From a virus (lineage: Duplodnaviria; Caudoviricetes), in the IMG/VR virus record IMGVR_UViG_3300037400_001273, positions 12,034 to 76,033 of that record: a stretch of 64,000 nucleotides of DNA. One strand, 5' to 3'. A program made the translations under genes and the position numbers. The notes beneath the pieces were generated by a model. It was given only the letters and a program-made list of their open reading frames with translations, was not told where the DNA came from and did not search any database. Position 1 is the first letter of the stretch. Every line of letters starts with the position of its first letter. This document shows positions 12,301 to 24,864 of the stretch, piece by piece.

Positions 12301-14567
12301 CCTCTATAATTATCTTTATCAATAGCCATTAACTTAGAACTATCTGGAATAGCTAATACTTTAGATTTATATTCTACAGTATCATTAGAATAAGTGTATT
12401 TTCCAACATAAAAATTACGCTCTTCTTCTGGATTCCAAGATAAATTAGTTCCAACAGGTTGCATATCTGCTTTCTTTAATACAAATTGATCTCCTGTAAA
12501 TAAATTAGAATAAAAAGTCTAATCTAATTCAAATTCAGGACATAAAGCTGCATTTACTTTAACTTTATTTTGTTCAACAGGTCTAATTCTACTATAAAAA
12601 TCATTTGTAATATATCTATCTCTTGAGTCTATAAAAGATTCTGCAAGATAATAATTTACTGATTTAAGATTTGTAGCTAAGTTTTTATCGTTAGTAGATA
12701 CACGTTTTGTAGTACCTGTATATGGATCAACTATTTCTTTACCTTCTCCAGCTAAAGTTTGGAAGATATTTAACTTAGATTCTTTAGGTTGATTATAAGC
12801 TACACCTGTTAATTGACTAACAAATAAAGAATTGTTATTTCCAATAGGAAACACAGGTAAATGACTATGTTTATCAGTTGCGATTGATAAACATTGACAT
12901 AAAGTAGTAGGTATTCTCTTTTGTCTTACAAAGAAGAAACCTTTAGTATATTTTTTAAGTTCATTAAGAACTTCGTCTTTTTGATTTTTATCAATTTCTA
13001 TTTTAATACCATAAACTTTATGTGGATGTTCTTCATTTACAGGTAAATTAGCATCAAATGTTTTTAAAGTTATAACACCTTTAGCATTTTCTAATTTAAC
13101 AGGATTTTTATTAGAAGAAATAATGGAGTAATTATCTTCTGAAATAGTTAAATAATTTCTAACTCCATCTTTATAAAGAGGTTCATATGAAAAATTAGAA
13201 TTTTCATCAATATTATAACCTCCTCTTATATTAAATACTGGAGATAAAGAATTATCAGGTAAAATATAAACTATTCCAAGTCTATAAATTTCATCATTCC
13301 AATATCCTGTATAATTATAAATATATTCTGGATTATAATAACCTTCAGAACTACTATTTATGTTATATTGTGAATCAATATCTAGATTATAATCAATAAC
13401 TGAACGTTTTGGTAAAAATCTTAAAGATAAATCAGTAAGTTCTTTATATGGAATTTCTGGCTTTTTAATATTACCTAAAAATAACATATTTTTACAAACT
13501 GCTTGAGTTTCAACAGAAGATACAAGTTGATATTGTGTATTAATTACATCTTCTGACGCATCTAAATCTTTAATAAATCCAGATATTGTTATATTACAAG
13601 TGTTATTTTTATCTACTATATATTTATGTTCAATTTCATAACAAGTAGTTTGAGCTTCTTGATTAAATCCAGAAGTTTCTTTACTGTAATAAACTTTTAC
13701 ATAATTATAAGCAGAGTCTATGTTAGATAAAGTAAATTTAACTAACTTCTTACTATTTTGATTTCCAAATCCACTTTCAATACTTTGAGGAGTATTACCT
13801 AAGAATACTGAAACTAAACCAGATTCTGCAATCCAATCTGTTTCATTTCCATCGGAGTCTACATATTTAAAGAAGAAATGGTAATTTCCAACTCCTAAAT
13901 TACCTCCAGGATATACACCATCAAATTTAAGTTTTGGAATCTTAATAGTACGTTTATATAAAGAAGTATCAATATCAAATTGATCTCCTTGATCGTATAT
14001 ATTTGTGTCGTTATCTCCTTTTCTATCAACTATTTGATAATGATTTTTCTCAGTAGGAGAGAAACGAGAATTTATTAATCTAGGTATATTCTTTCCATCA
14101 TTAATTATAAGATTTACTGAATTATCATAAGATTCTTGAGTAATTATATCAACAGGATGTTTTAAATCAAATTCTAATTCATCTGTTTCAAAATCTACTA
14201 ATTGTCCTTTTTCATATAATTCAATATCTATATCATCAGTTGATTCTGATATTAAAGTAGTATGATTTTTATCTTCTGATAATTCACAATTATACCATTT
14301 CTGAGGATCTGTATTAGCAGTTCCATGTCTTATTCTATTATAATCAAATTCTGGTTTAAGATTAGTATCACCACCAATAGTTATAGATAGAATTTCTTCT
14401 ATTTCCTCAAGAGTATAATATTTATCATTATATTTAAATTTATTACATTTAGTAAGTCTATAATTTCTAAATGGATTATATTCCCATGCTAAGACTCCCT
14501 TAGTAGGTAAAGTCTTAGCTTGGAATTGAAAATTTAAAGGTTCGTTTAGTATCTATTTGTAACTCAT
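9318..14567 (-). CDS. Large tail/muzzle-type (stabilisation) protein, 1749 aa with 4 TAG=Gln
   Basis: ATG 14567 overlaps the upstream TAA (TAATG). Frame read open through 13487, 12519 (TAG) and 9687 (TAG) to TAA 9318. N-terminal LAWEYNPFRNYRL and C-terminal RDKYIRIRIRYSGEKLA motifs resemble crAss-like tail proteins. Confidence 0.8.
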
Positions 14568-17500
14568 TAGCGTAATACATTTAATAATTTAGAGAATGAG
14601 AATTTACTAGATATACCTTGTATAGTATTTGTACTATAATGACCATTGTTATTAATTTCCCAACTTCTATTAGCAATTCGCTTATATTTATCAAGATCAA
14701 TAACTAATGTTTTATCTTCATCTAATTTTAATACATCTACACAAGATGGCTGTAAATTATCGTTACCATTTTCAGAAATTGTTCCATTATAAGTAATTAA
14801 ACCAGATTTTTCATTATATGATATATTATTTAATATCTTATAAAAATCATCATAATTACTTAAACGAGCTACAGATAAATCTACATATTCAGAATTGTTT
14901 TTAATTCCGTATATGTGAGATTCATTTAATGCTTTAGTTTTAGGTAAAGTATATGATTGTCCTTTACAATTTTTTACTAAAACATTTTTATCGAATAATT
15001 TTACAGATAAATTATCTTTAATAGTATCGTCAGCTTGTGTACTAAATGTAACAGAGTCATTAATTTCTAAATATTCAGAAAGTTTAGATTCTATTGAAAA
15101 TTTAAGATTATTACTTGTTTTTAAATCATCTATAGAACCAACTATATTTAGTAATTGATTTCTATAAGTATCTCTGATTTTAAAATTTTTGATTCTAACT
15201 TCAGATTTAACTTCAAGTATACAATCGGAAGATTTATTTGATTCATCTTCTATTTCAAAATCATCTGGACAAATAAAATCTTCTTCTAAATCTTCTGTTA
15301 CATATTTATATGTTTGCATTAAAAACATTCCAAATATATCTCCGAAAGATATTTTTGCTACAGTTGGTAATGCTTGAATATATTGTTCATAAGGAGAAAT
15401 AATTGAAATATTATTAGTAAATAAATGTAATGAATCACCATTTTTATCAATAGCTTTCATCATTACAGTTACAATAGGAATATCACAATAATTATAATCG
15501 TCTCTATCAAATTTGATGTTTCCTTTATTGTCAATTAAATCTGATTTAGAAATTTTACGTCCACCACTATCAGGTTCTATTTTATAACAAAAGTTAGCAA
15601 AATCCTGTCCGTCTTTTCCATATGGCTCATAAAGACCAACATTACTAGAATATAATAATCTTCCTTTTCCATCAGAAGTATATCTTGAAATATAATAATC
15701 TTCATCTTTTCTAGCCGTTGTAATATGTGCTCCTTGTGAACTTCCATACCAATAGAAATCAGCTCCTGTTAAACTATCAATGAAAGTCATAGCATTTCTG
15801 TTTCTATGATCAGCATCATTATCATTATGACTTGGATCATAATTACTATTTACAAAAGATGTAGGTATAAAATTATCTTTTGTCTTAGCATATTCATTAA
15901 AATGTGCTTGAAATTGTGAGCCAGGATAGCATTGATTTCCGTTATGTCTATAATATTGATTTCCATTTGTTTGAAATAAATCTAAGTACCAATATTGACT
16001 ATAAGATATATTTTCAGACATATTATCTTCAGGAGAACTATAATTACAATAATCAATACAACCTTCTCTTAAATATCCCATGTTTGTAATAAATGCAAAA
16101 TCTCCAAATGCAAAATGTTTATAAATTGGATCAAAATTTAATCCATAATAACCAGCATCTTGTGATTCGTACATTAAAGGAATTAATCCGTATTGATATT
16201 GAATTGTTTGTTCTGTATAATCCCAACTTAATTTAAGTTCATTTTCTAATTTAAGAGATCTTAAAACAGGATTAAATATTCCTTCTCCACTCTTTTTAGT
16301 AATTTTAGGACCTTCTGGATTATAATAACAATCAAATTCATTAAATAAAGGATAATTTGATTTAATATTAGCTTTAGCTTTAATATTCATCCAAGTTGAT
16401 GTTTTCTTTGATACTCCGAATTTATAAATTGGAGTAGGTTTATCAACTTTAACAATACACTTATTAGATTCAAAATTAGTTTCATCATGTAATTCTGAAT
16501 CACTATAAATTTTATTTACTTGTGTATTAATTTGTGGATCAGTTGTTATTGTTAAATCACTAGTTAAAATTCCATCAGGTAAATATAATTTATTGAAATC
16601 TTCTATGTCAGATATATAAGAATCATTAAAGAAATCAGAAGTGTATAAGAATCTATATCCAATTACTTCTTCTTCTGTAGATTTAATATCAGCAGTAGCT
16701 AAACCTGATTTCTTTGTAATTTTTACTATATAAAGATTATTTTCTTCAAATAATGAATCAAATTCAAGTTCTGTTGTAAAAGATCCAGCATAAGATACTT
16801 TACCCATATTTTTAATTTGAAATATATCTTTATCTGTTTCTTTTTGGAATGAGTCTAAACTCATAAAGTGTAAAGATACTTCAAATGTCTTACAAAATGG
16901 TTTAGGATAATCTTGAAATCCATAAGTAAGAATAAGAGAATTTTCTTGTTTAAAATATCTCCATTCATCAAGAAATGTTTTACCACTTCCTATTTGTGCA
17001 AAATTTATATTTTGTGATAATTCAAATGTAGGTAATGCTCCAAATTCCATAGCTGGAATTAATTTAAAATTTTTAGCTTCATCTTTTGCATTATCATCAA
17101 TAAGATCATTTGGAATTTTACCACAAAATATAGATTTAGTATTTACTCTATTTTGTAAATCAATTTTAATATCTGGATAACGTCCTTCTATATTTCCTCC
17201 AATAGTATCATATTCTGAATCATAAACTTCAAGAGAAAATTTATTAGAAGTTACTTCACCGTTTTTTAATTGAAAACCATTAGCTTCAAAGTTAATATAT
17301 TTAGGATCTATTCCTTTTTGTGTTTCATTCCAATTATCACTTTTCCATTCTAAATTTAAAATAAGATTATAGTTATCATCAATAGTATATGTTGATGAAA
17401 ACATACTAATTGTTTCTAACTCAGCAATTAAATATAAATTACCACTAAGCTTACTATTAAAAATAGAATATTTAGAAGCCGTTAAAGTATCTTCAATTGT

Positions 17501-18133
17501 ATTATCTTTTGGAATATAATAATATTTATTCTTCTCAAATTTGTACCATTTTAAAGAAGAATCAAGATATACTAAACGTCCAGATGAATCTTTAGTAGCA
17601 ACGTGTAATCTTAAGAATTTAGGATTATCTCCAATCTTTTTACTATTATTTTTATAATCAGTAATACGATCGGCATTTGCTTCTAAATCAGATGTTATTA
17701 AAAACTTATCACCTGGATTTAAAGTTAATTTTGTTAATTCGACTTTGGTTTTAAAACTAATGATATTATCACCATTTTTAAAATCACTTTCGGTAATACT
17801 ATGAATTTGGAATCCATCTTCTTTTAATTCTTCATAAGAAAAATTACGTTCTGGACTAGGAAAACATCCTATTTGACACACATCTTTTAATGGATTGTAA
17901 GATACTATATAAATAATACCTCCAAAAGAAGTAGTTCCTAAAGGAATGTATCCTGCTGGTAAAGCTGCTGTTTCAACTTTACCATTTCCCATATCATTTT
18001 GAATCATATATTCGTTTCCATTATATGTAAGATATGTTCCATTTAAACAATTAGTAGTCATAGTATTAGGAACAGTTAATGGATGAAAATCCATCATTAA
18101 TCCACCTTCGAATGTGTTTTGTGCCTAATTCAT
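14567..18133 (-). CDS. Large tail structural protein, 1188 aa (single TAG at codon 3)
   Basis: MN(TAG)AQNTFEGGLMMDFHPLTVPN...CLNGT...QNDMGN resembles the N-terminus of a conserved crAss-like tail protein. ATGA overlap with the upstream gene. Confidence 0.75.
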
Positions 18134-18708
18134 TTTAGTACTTCATAATTATTATTTGTTATTAAAATATCTTTAAATTTTGGAATTTCTCTTGTTTCTA
18201 TTAATTCCGCATCACCTGTAATAAAATCTCTTTTGAAAAATGTCATCCCGAAATCAGAAATATACGGCACTCTAAATATATAAGGTGACGCAAATTCTAA
18301 AATCTTACATTCATCTTTTATCTTGTATAAAATAATATTTCCATATTTAAAATTCTTTCGAGGACGTCCTTTTGAGTTTTTCTATTCGAGATATTTTTCA
18401 TACTAACGTTTAGATAAACCAAAGTAATAATATCCATCCCAAGGAATTCGTTTTCGTTTATAAAGAACACGAATTCTTGTTGCCAATTTTCTACAATAAT
18501 ATCGAAAATGTCTGAAAGAATCGGGAGTTAATTTACCAACATACATCCAAAATGTCTTATCAGTAATAATTGTATCTCCTCCATAACTATTTAATAAATA
18601 TAGCTATCTCCAGCCGTATTCCATAATCTTTTTTATATCTTTTTCAGAAACTTCTGGAAATAGCTTATTTATTTCTTTTATATAATCCGAGCTTCTAGTA
18701 ATTGCCAT
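18130..18708 (-). CDS. Basic IHF/HU-like-associated crAss protein, 192 aa with 3 TAG=Gln
   Basis: Not in the track. ATG 18708 to TGA 18130 is open with three TAGs and exactly fills the gap between neighbours. K/R-rich. Confidence 0.7.
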
Positions 18709-18710
18709 AA

Positions 18711-19151
18711 TTAAAAATATTGTACACCATTATTAGTATTTTCAGTAATCTTATCTTTTATGTCCTTATCAACATATATAGTTTTAGTACGGCAACGTCC
18801 TGTTCCGTACATTTCTAATACTAATTCGTTACCAGAAAAATGTGATGCAAAGAAATCAACATCTTGCCATTTACCAGCAGCTCTTAATTTTTTAAAAGCT
18901 TCTCCCGATGTTCTTTTAACATGAATTTCTGCACGTTTACGTCCGGTAGGTAATACAAATGTATTATTATTTTCAACAATGTCATTGAGAACATATTTCA
19001 TCCCAGCTCGGAAAATCTTTTTCACCATTAAATCACGATGAGGCTTTTTATTTAGCCTCTCGCAATCTTTACAAGTTAAATCCAATTTCGAATAATCGAA
19101 ATTATAAAACATATCATCAACATTAAAACAATGACCTGTAGCGTAATTCAT
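18711..19151 (-). CDS. IHF/HU-like DNA-binding protein of crAss-like phages
   Basis: MNYATGHCFNVDDMF... basic 146-aa protein at the position where crAss-like genomes carry IHF-like genes. Confidence 0.6.
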   Translation of the reverse strand: MNYATGHCFNVDDMFYNFDYSKLDLTCKDCERLNKKPHRDLMVKKIFRAGMKYVLNDIVENNNTFVLPTGRKRAEIHVKRTSGEAFKKLRAAGKWQDVDFFASHFSGNELVLEMYGTGRCRTKTIYVDKDIKDKITENTNNGVQYF

Positions 19152-19843
19152 TTTATAGGTTTATAACTCTTATTGTAAACCTTCCTATCTAAAGAAGATT
19201 TAGCATCAAGTATTTTGTTAGCTGTATTCTGATCTATCCATTCAGGATTCCTTGCTTGACTACAAAAATTAATCCAATCTCTTTCTGCTTTTTCAGAAAT
19301 TTTTAATATATTTTGATTGTTAGTTTGTAATCCTTTTTTATAAAGTGAATAATAAGCACAAAATGCTGCAATAGCATTTATTTCCTTATCATTTACTAAA
19401 GGTAATCCTTCTTCATCCTGTAATTCAGCATGATATTTTAAAGTAATTGGTCCATAATTTCTATCAAAACGTAATGTACGTCCAATCTCTTGGAATTTAG
19501 CAAGTCTTCCATGTTGATAATACATATTTTGGAACAATTTCTTTCCTTCTATATAGTTTTCAGTATGTGTTTTTCCAATATCTCCAGGCTCATGTATATT
19601 ACTACTAAGCTAAGGATCTTCATAATCATAAGTTACAGATTCAATTAACTTACAATCACAAGGTAAATCAACACATAAATTATCATCTAAATTAAGTCGT
19701 ACTGTTTTTAATTCAGTATGATGATTTCCAATTTGTGGAAGTGCTACTAAAACAAGTTCCTCAAAATCATCATCTTTAATATCAGCACCGTAAAGTAATT
19801 TAGCTTGATATTGAGCTGTTTTTACGTTTCTTAAATTACTCAT
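19148..19843 (-). CDS. Tail ring/tubular protein, 231 aa (one TAG=Gln)
   Basis: Track ORFs 19610..19843 and 19148..19537 are in frame across TAG 19610-19612; overlaps both neighbours. Confidence 0.7.
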
Positions 19844-20516
19844 ATGCTTGATCGTTTGGTTTTATAGGACTTGCGTATTGACGATAATACATTAGTTTCT
19901 TTTGAGTAAGTCTCTTTTTAATTTCATTATCTAAGAATGAAATATTATCACCGTTCTTCATACAACAAGCATATTTTTCTAACTATCTAATATCTTTAAA
20001 TACTGCAACTATAGAAATAACTTTTATTAAAGGAGCGTTGAATATAAATCCATCATACATTCCATTTTCATTTGGAGTAACATCTATCCAAACAAAAGGC
20101 TTTTGTATATTTGCTCTTCTCTTATATTTATGTAATCGTTTATTATTTAAAGATGTATAATATACAAATTCTGTTTCTTTATCAATAGTTCCAATATAAT
20201 CTATTGCTAAATCATCAAAATCATTAACAATCTGAGGTACTTCAAAATGTGCAGTAGGAGTTCCATATATATCCGTACAACGACATTTTTCGATATTTTT
20301 ACAATCGACTTCAACACAATTTAAAGCAACTAATAAATCTTTATAAGGTATCATTCCTTTTAAAGCAAATTCTTTGATGATTTGTAAACGCTCGTCTACA
20401 ATATCATCTTTTAATTGATCCATATTTAAAGATAAATTAGTGTGATAACCTTGAAGTCCACTATAAATATCATTGCGTATAGCAGACGCTAATTTGTCTA
20501 AATGATTAAATTCCAT
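19836..20516 (-). CDS. Tail ring/adaptor protein, 226 aa (one TAG=Gln)
   Basis: Track ORF 19983..20522 reads through TAG 19983 to TAA 19836. ATG at 20516. Confidence 0.7.
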
Positions 20517-20520
20517 AAGC

Positions 20521-20553
20521 AAAAAAGGCGAAAGGCTTTGCGCCCTCCGCCTT
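20521..20553 (-). terminator. Rho-independent terminator
   Basis: Minus strand AAGGCGGAGGGC-GCAAA-GCCTTTCGCCTT followed by TTTT, downstream of 20569..21708. Confidence 0.8.
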
Positions 20554-20568
20554 AGTTATTAGTTAATA

Positions 20569-21708
20569 TTAAAGATTAGCAGATGCAAGTTCTGTATCGT
20601 CAGCAATCTTATCTGTACTTGGAGCAACAGGAGTACTAGTTCCAAGACCAGGAGCTACGTTACCAGTCCATCCAAGAGCTGTTAGACCAGCTTCAAATGC
20701 AGTTATTGTAGCTGAATCATTAGCAACCCAGAAGATGTGAGTTGTGATAGATGTGCCAGGCTGTCCTACTACAGATTGTCCTGTAATACCACGATCAGTT
20801 TCAACCTTAATTGTATACTGATTATAAATAGTTCCCTTAATAGGATAGTTATCAGTATCAATTCTTAACCAACGTCCGTTTTCAGCAGTTGGAAGACGAT
20901 AATCTTTCTGTAGATGATTGAATGTTCCGAATCCTTCAATACCTTGAGCTACAACAATCTTAGGAGTAGCGATAGTTCCAGATTCTTTCTTTATACCACG
21001 TTCTGAGAAATAAGCAACATCAGCAGATGTAGTACCTGTACGTGGATCAATATTTGTAACTTCTTCAACGTATACTGCGTTTTCGAACTTACCATCCTTA
21101 TAAGTAGGATCTTCAACGTAAACTTCAAGGTCTACATTAGCAAACTTTTCAAATTCATTTACTGCTGTAATTTCAAGACCATTGAAAGTAGTAGTTGCTG
21201 TACCACTATTAGTAGAAGTTGAAGTTTTCTTAGCTATAGTTACAATAGCATCATCAACAAGCATTGACTGAATCTTTCTTAAAGAAGAAATAAGACGATC
21301 AGCTACATCTTCAGCAGAATCACCGTACTTAGCGATAAATTCAAATGAGAATGGCTTGCCTTTTACTACCCACTGATTAGCGAAAAGTGGATTGTTAGAA
21401 CCTTGTAGTTTGATATAAAGTGAAAGACGACAAAGATTCTTTGCTCCAGTTGTTGTTGGAACAAGAGCAGTAAATGCTGAATCATTAATTGTAGCCTTTG
21501 AAAGAACTCCATTATATCCAATTGCTTTATAAACACCCTTTACTACCTCACCAGGGTCTCCGATTTTGAAATCGCGATATCTCTTTACTCTGAACATTTT
21601 AGGAGCTTGTGCTCCTGTACCAGCGCCTGTAGTAACTGCGCCATTCTTATCAAGAATAGCGAACTGATCAGCACTGTTAATAATTACGTTTGTTGTAAAA
21701 TTAAACAT
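20569..21708 (-). CDS. Abundant structural protein (auxiliary capsid-like), 379 aa
   Basis: TAG-free, higher GC, Thr/Ala-rich, followed by a terminator. MFNFTTNVIINS start is typical of crAss-like structural genes. Confidence 0.65.
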   Translation of the reverse strand: MFNFTTNVIINSADQFAILDKNGAVTTGAGTGAQAPKMFRVKRYRDFKIGDPGEVVKGVYKAIGYNGVLSKATINDSAFTALVPTTTGAKNLCRLSLYIKLQGSNNPLFANQWVVKGKPFSFEFIAKYGDSAEDVADRLISSLRKIQSMLVDDAIVTIAKKTSTSTNSGTATTTFNGLEITAVNEFEKFANVDLEVYVEDPTYKDGKFENAVYVEEVTNIDPRTGTTSADVAYFSERGIKKESGTIATPKIVVAQGIEGFGTFNHLQKDYRLPTAENGRWLRIDTDNYPIKGTIYNQYTIKVETDRGITGQSVVGQPGTSITTHIFWVANDSATITAFEAGLTALGWTGNVAPGLGTSTPVAPSTDKIADDTELASANL

Positions 21709-21734
21709 TTGTATTATTATTTAAAGGTTAATAA

Positions 21735-23057
21735 TTAAGCCTGTTGTGAAGCCTGTCTGCGAGCTTGCTGTGCTTGCTGTTGAGCAGGATCAACAATAGA
21801 CTGAGAAAGTGGTACAGTGGTTTGTATACGAGGATCAGCATTATTAGCCATAACCAATGCAACCAACTGATTAATAATCTCTTGACATACATAATCAGGG
21901 AACTCAATAATTTGTGAACGATCCTCTGTTAAGTCCATCTGATTTTTGGTTAATCTAATATGTTGTGGTGCTTTGATATAATCAATTGCAACACCTTTTA
22001 ATTCAAATACATCGGATTGTCCATAACGTATTTCCATACGTACTTTTGAAGCATTTCCGTAACGAACTCCAGCAGTTTTTTCAACTACACTTGTATTTAC
22101 ATTTTTAACACCTATTAGTTTTCCACCAATTTTAATTTGTTTAGGAAAATCTTTAGCATAATCATTTTTATTGATTGTTTTAATGTAACTACCAACAGAA
22201 TAAGTACCTGGAACATTACTATTATATACAGCAGAATGAACATCGAATGTATCATATATTCTTGCTCTACTATATTTAGTTGCATCATTTACACTATCAA
22301 CAGTTATAAAATTAAATGCACCGTTATCAAGTTGAACAACTTTACAAAGATTTCCAGCACCATTCTTTAAAACAAATCCTGTTTCCTCAGTTGGTTGTTG
22401 GAATGTGTGATTAGTGATTGACGCTTCAATATAATCAGCATATTGTTTTTCAAGTTCTGTAAATGATTTTCTTAAATCCCAAGGGTCTGTTCCATAAGTT
22501 TCTCCTTCTTTATCATTTAAAGGATTAGTTGGGAGTTCAGTTTGTGTATTTATATTGTGAATATAATAATAAGGCATACGTGGAGTAGGACGATTATAAT
22601 AATCGTTCATAACAGTACTCCAAGAGTCAGCAGTAAGACGCTTTGCAGCATACTTAGCTACATCTGATTCGTCATAACAACCTGTTTGCTGTTTTACTTT
22701 ATAAATACAAATGCAGTTAAGTGTGTGCATATAGTCAGATGGAAGAATTACTTCTGCCATTGCTTCGAATGACTTATCTTGTTTGATAAGTTCCATAAGC
22801 TCTGTTAGTTTCTCACTGTGTTCATCAGTATTTTCATCAGTAAATACTTTCTTATTAACAGGAAGAATTGCAGTTGATTTAAGAACTCTTAAATCATCAG
22901 TTGTTTGCTGAGTTGTATCATAGTTAGTATATCTTTTATTGATATACATATCTATTGCCTTATTAATAAAATAATTGTAGTCGTCTAATAGCAAGCTAGG
23001 TGAACTAGTGTTATTTAATTCAACTAACATTGCCTCGAACATCTAGCGTGCAGTCAT
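21735..23057 (-). CDS. Head-tail ring protein, 440 aa (TAG at codon 5)
   Basis: ATG ACT GCA CGC TAG ATG TTC gives MTARQMFEAMLVELN, matching the usual MTARQ.. start of this crAss-like protein. Confidence 0.7.
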
Positions 23058-23071
23058 TTATTTTATTATTT

Positions 23072-23914
23072 TTATTTGTCAGACTTATTTTTCTTAGCTA
23101 AATCAGGATAAACCTCTGCGGTAATACGATCTAACCACTTCTTATTCTTTCCATCCTTTAACCAAGTGATAGAAGAATCGTCAGTTCCGCCTAAATTAAC
23201 AGAACCATCGTATGTATAAATACCGTCTTTTACTTCAATAATCTTTTTATCTACAGCTTCATAGAACATGATTCTAAGTTCTGTATCATTACCACGATAA
23301 AGATCAATAATCTTCTGTGGATCTCTTTCTGCTGTTTCAAGAAGATAATTCTCAAGATCTGAGTGATGAACGTGTTCCATGTGTTTTCCAAGTAATCTTG
23401 CGATTTGTACTTGATGTTCAAGTGAATCTTCAAGAATATAGTTGTAAGCAGTATTGACAAGTTTCTTTCTTGTAACTTTGTTCTTAGCTGCTACACCTGG
23501 CTTATAAACATAAAGTTCTGCTAAACCGTAATGTGGCATATGAGTTACATTATCTACATATCCGTCAATCATTGAATGTCCTTGATCATCAGTAGCATAT
23601 CTATCAGGTGCAATCAAGAAACTATTTTTAATAGCTTCCCATTCAGCTGCATCAACTTCTTTATCAAGGTCAAATATTTTACCATCTTGTACCAAGATTG
23701 GGTCATCGGCACTTAAAAAGACTTTACCAGAATTTCTTTCTGCATCAGTCATAATAAGATTACCACGGTCATCTACTTCTTTTACACAATTAGGATAACG
23801 TTTTGTTTTAGGATCCTTTACAGGATGTATCCAATATTTTTGTTCTGTTTTTCCATATACTGAACGAAGCATTATTTTTCTGCTTTCGTCATATTGATTC
23901 ATTTCTTTAGGCAT
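23072..23914 (-). CDS. Conserved crAss-like protein downstream of MCP (280 aa)
   Basis: Intact ORF in canonical position after the capsid gene. Confidence 0.65.
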   Translation of the reverse strand: MPKEMNQYDESRKIMLRSVYGKTEQKYWIHPVKDPKTKRYPNCVKEVDDRGNLIMTDAERNSGKVFLSADDPILVQDGKIFDLDKEVDAAEWEAIKNSFLIAPDRYATDDQGHSMIDGYVDNVTHMPHYGLAELYVYKPGVAAKNKVTRKKLVNTAYNYILEDSLEHQVQIARLLGKHMEHVHHSDLENYLLETAERDPQKIIDLYRGNDTELRIMFYEAVDKKIIEVKDGIYTYDGSVNLGGTDDSSITWLKDGKNKKWLDRITAEVYPDLAKKNKSDK

Positions 23915-23933
23915 TTTTTCGTATTAACATTTT

Positions 23934-23962
23934 AAAAGTGAGAGAGCCTTTTGCTCTCTCAC
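23934..23962 (-). terminator. Rho-independent terminator after MCP
   Basis: Perfect 10-bp stem GTGAGAGAGC-AAAAG-GCTCTCTCAC followed by TTTT on the minus strand. Confidence 0.8.
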
Positions 23963-23988
23963 AATCTATTCATATAAGTTTATCTAAA

Positions 23989-24864
23989 TTAAGCTTCTCT
24001 AATAATGAAACTCTTGTAAGGATTAAATACTGCTACACCACCGTAACTCATAACGGCAAGTTTAGAACCAGCAACTGGAGAAGAGATCTTTCCAGAAGAA
24101 AGTCCATCAAGTCCTCCAAGTCCTTCAAGTGTTCCCTGTATGAACTCACCACCCTTGAATGTGAATAGTCCAAGTGCAGGAGCATTAGCTGTCTTATCAG
24201 CTGTAAGATCGATACATACACCGAATCCCTTTTCACCATATTCACGAGTTAATGTACGGTCAACACGGAAAGAAATCTTGTTTCCACCGAACTCGTAAGT
24301 ATTGAATGTAGCGCCAACCTTTACATAATCGTTAGCAGCCTTAGAATATAGATATGTACCGTCTGTTTGGAATGCAGCAAGGTGAGCTGCAAGTACAACT
24401 TGCATTTGATTCCAAAGTGGTTCAGATACTACGAACATATAGTGATTTCCTGTAGGAGCATCAGCCTTATCGTTCATCTGACCAAGGATTAGACGTAGAA
24501 CTTCAATAGTAAACTTAGTATAAGCATACTTAGAAGCATACTTCTCAATTTGTGGGATAATACCAGCACCGATATAGATTGGACGACCTTGTGCGTCAAC
24601 GATTGTAGGACGACCATTCTTATCAATATTAGAACGGTTAAATAAGTAACCAGAGTTCTTAGCGTACATATGATTCTCAAGAAGAACCTTCTTAGCTCTA
24701 TCCATCTTATAGATAGTTTCAGAAAGCTTTCCGTTACCATCACCCTTAGAAATCTTTATGAAGTTTTCCTCGTGAGCAGCATAAAGAGAAGAGTAATCAA
24801 TATCGTTACGGAAAGTTGTCATATAGTTACGCATACGAGCGATATTTGATTGATACTTTGTGAA
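23989..24864 (-). CDS. Major capsid protein exon 3 (291 aa + stop)
   Basis: FTKYQSNIARMRNYMTTFRND... continues ...PELSEKG of exon 2. The spliced protein is 471 aa. Confidence 0.85.
   Translation of the reverse strand, partial: FTKYQSNIARMRNYMTTFRNDIDYSSLYAAHEENFIKISKGDGNGKLSETIYKMDRAKKVLLENHMYAKNSGYLFNRSNIDKNGRPTIVDAQGRPIYIGAGIIPQIEKYASKYAYTKFTIEVLRLILGQMNDKADAPTGNHYMFVVSEPLWNQMQVVLAAHLAAFQTDGTYLYSKAANDYVKVGATFNTYEFGGNKISFRVDRTLTREYGEKGFGVCIDLTADKTANAPALGLFTFKGGEFIQGTLEGLGGLDGLSSGKISSPVAGSKLAVMSYGGVAVFNPYKSFIIREA

Noticed and set aside
600-18097. Long TAG-free stretches (600..4775, 14567..18097) as foreign DNA
   Set aside because: Composition matches the neighbours and both genes have 5'-proximal TAGs, so TAG absence alone is not evidence of transfer.
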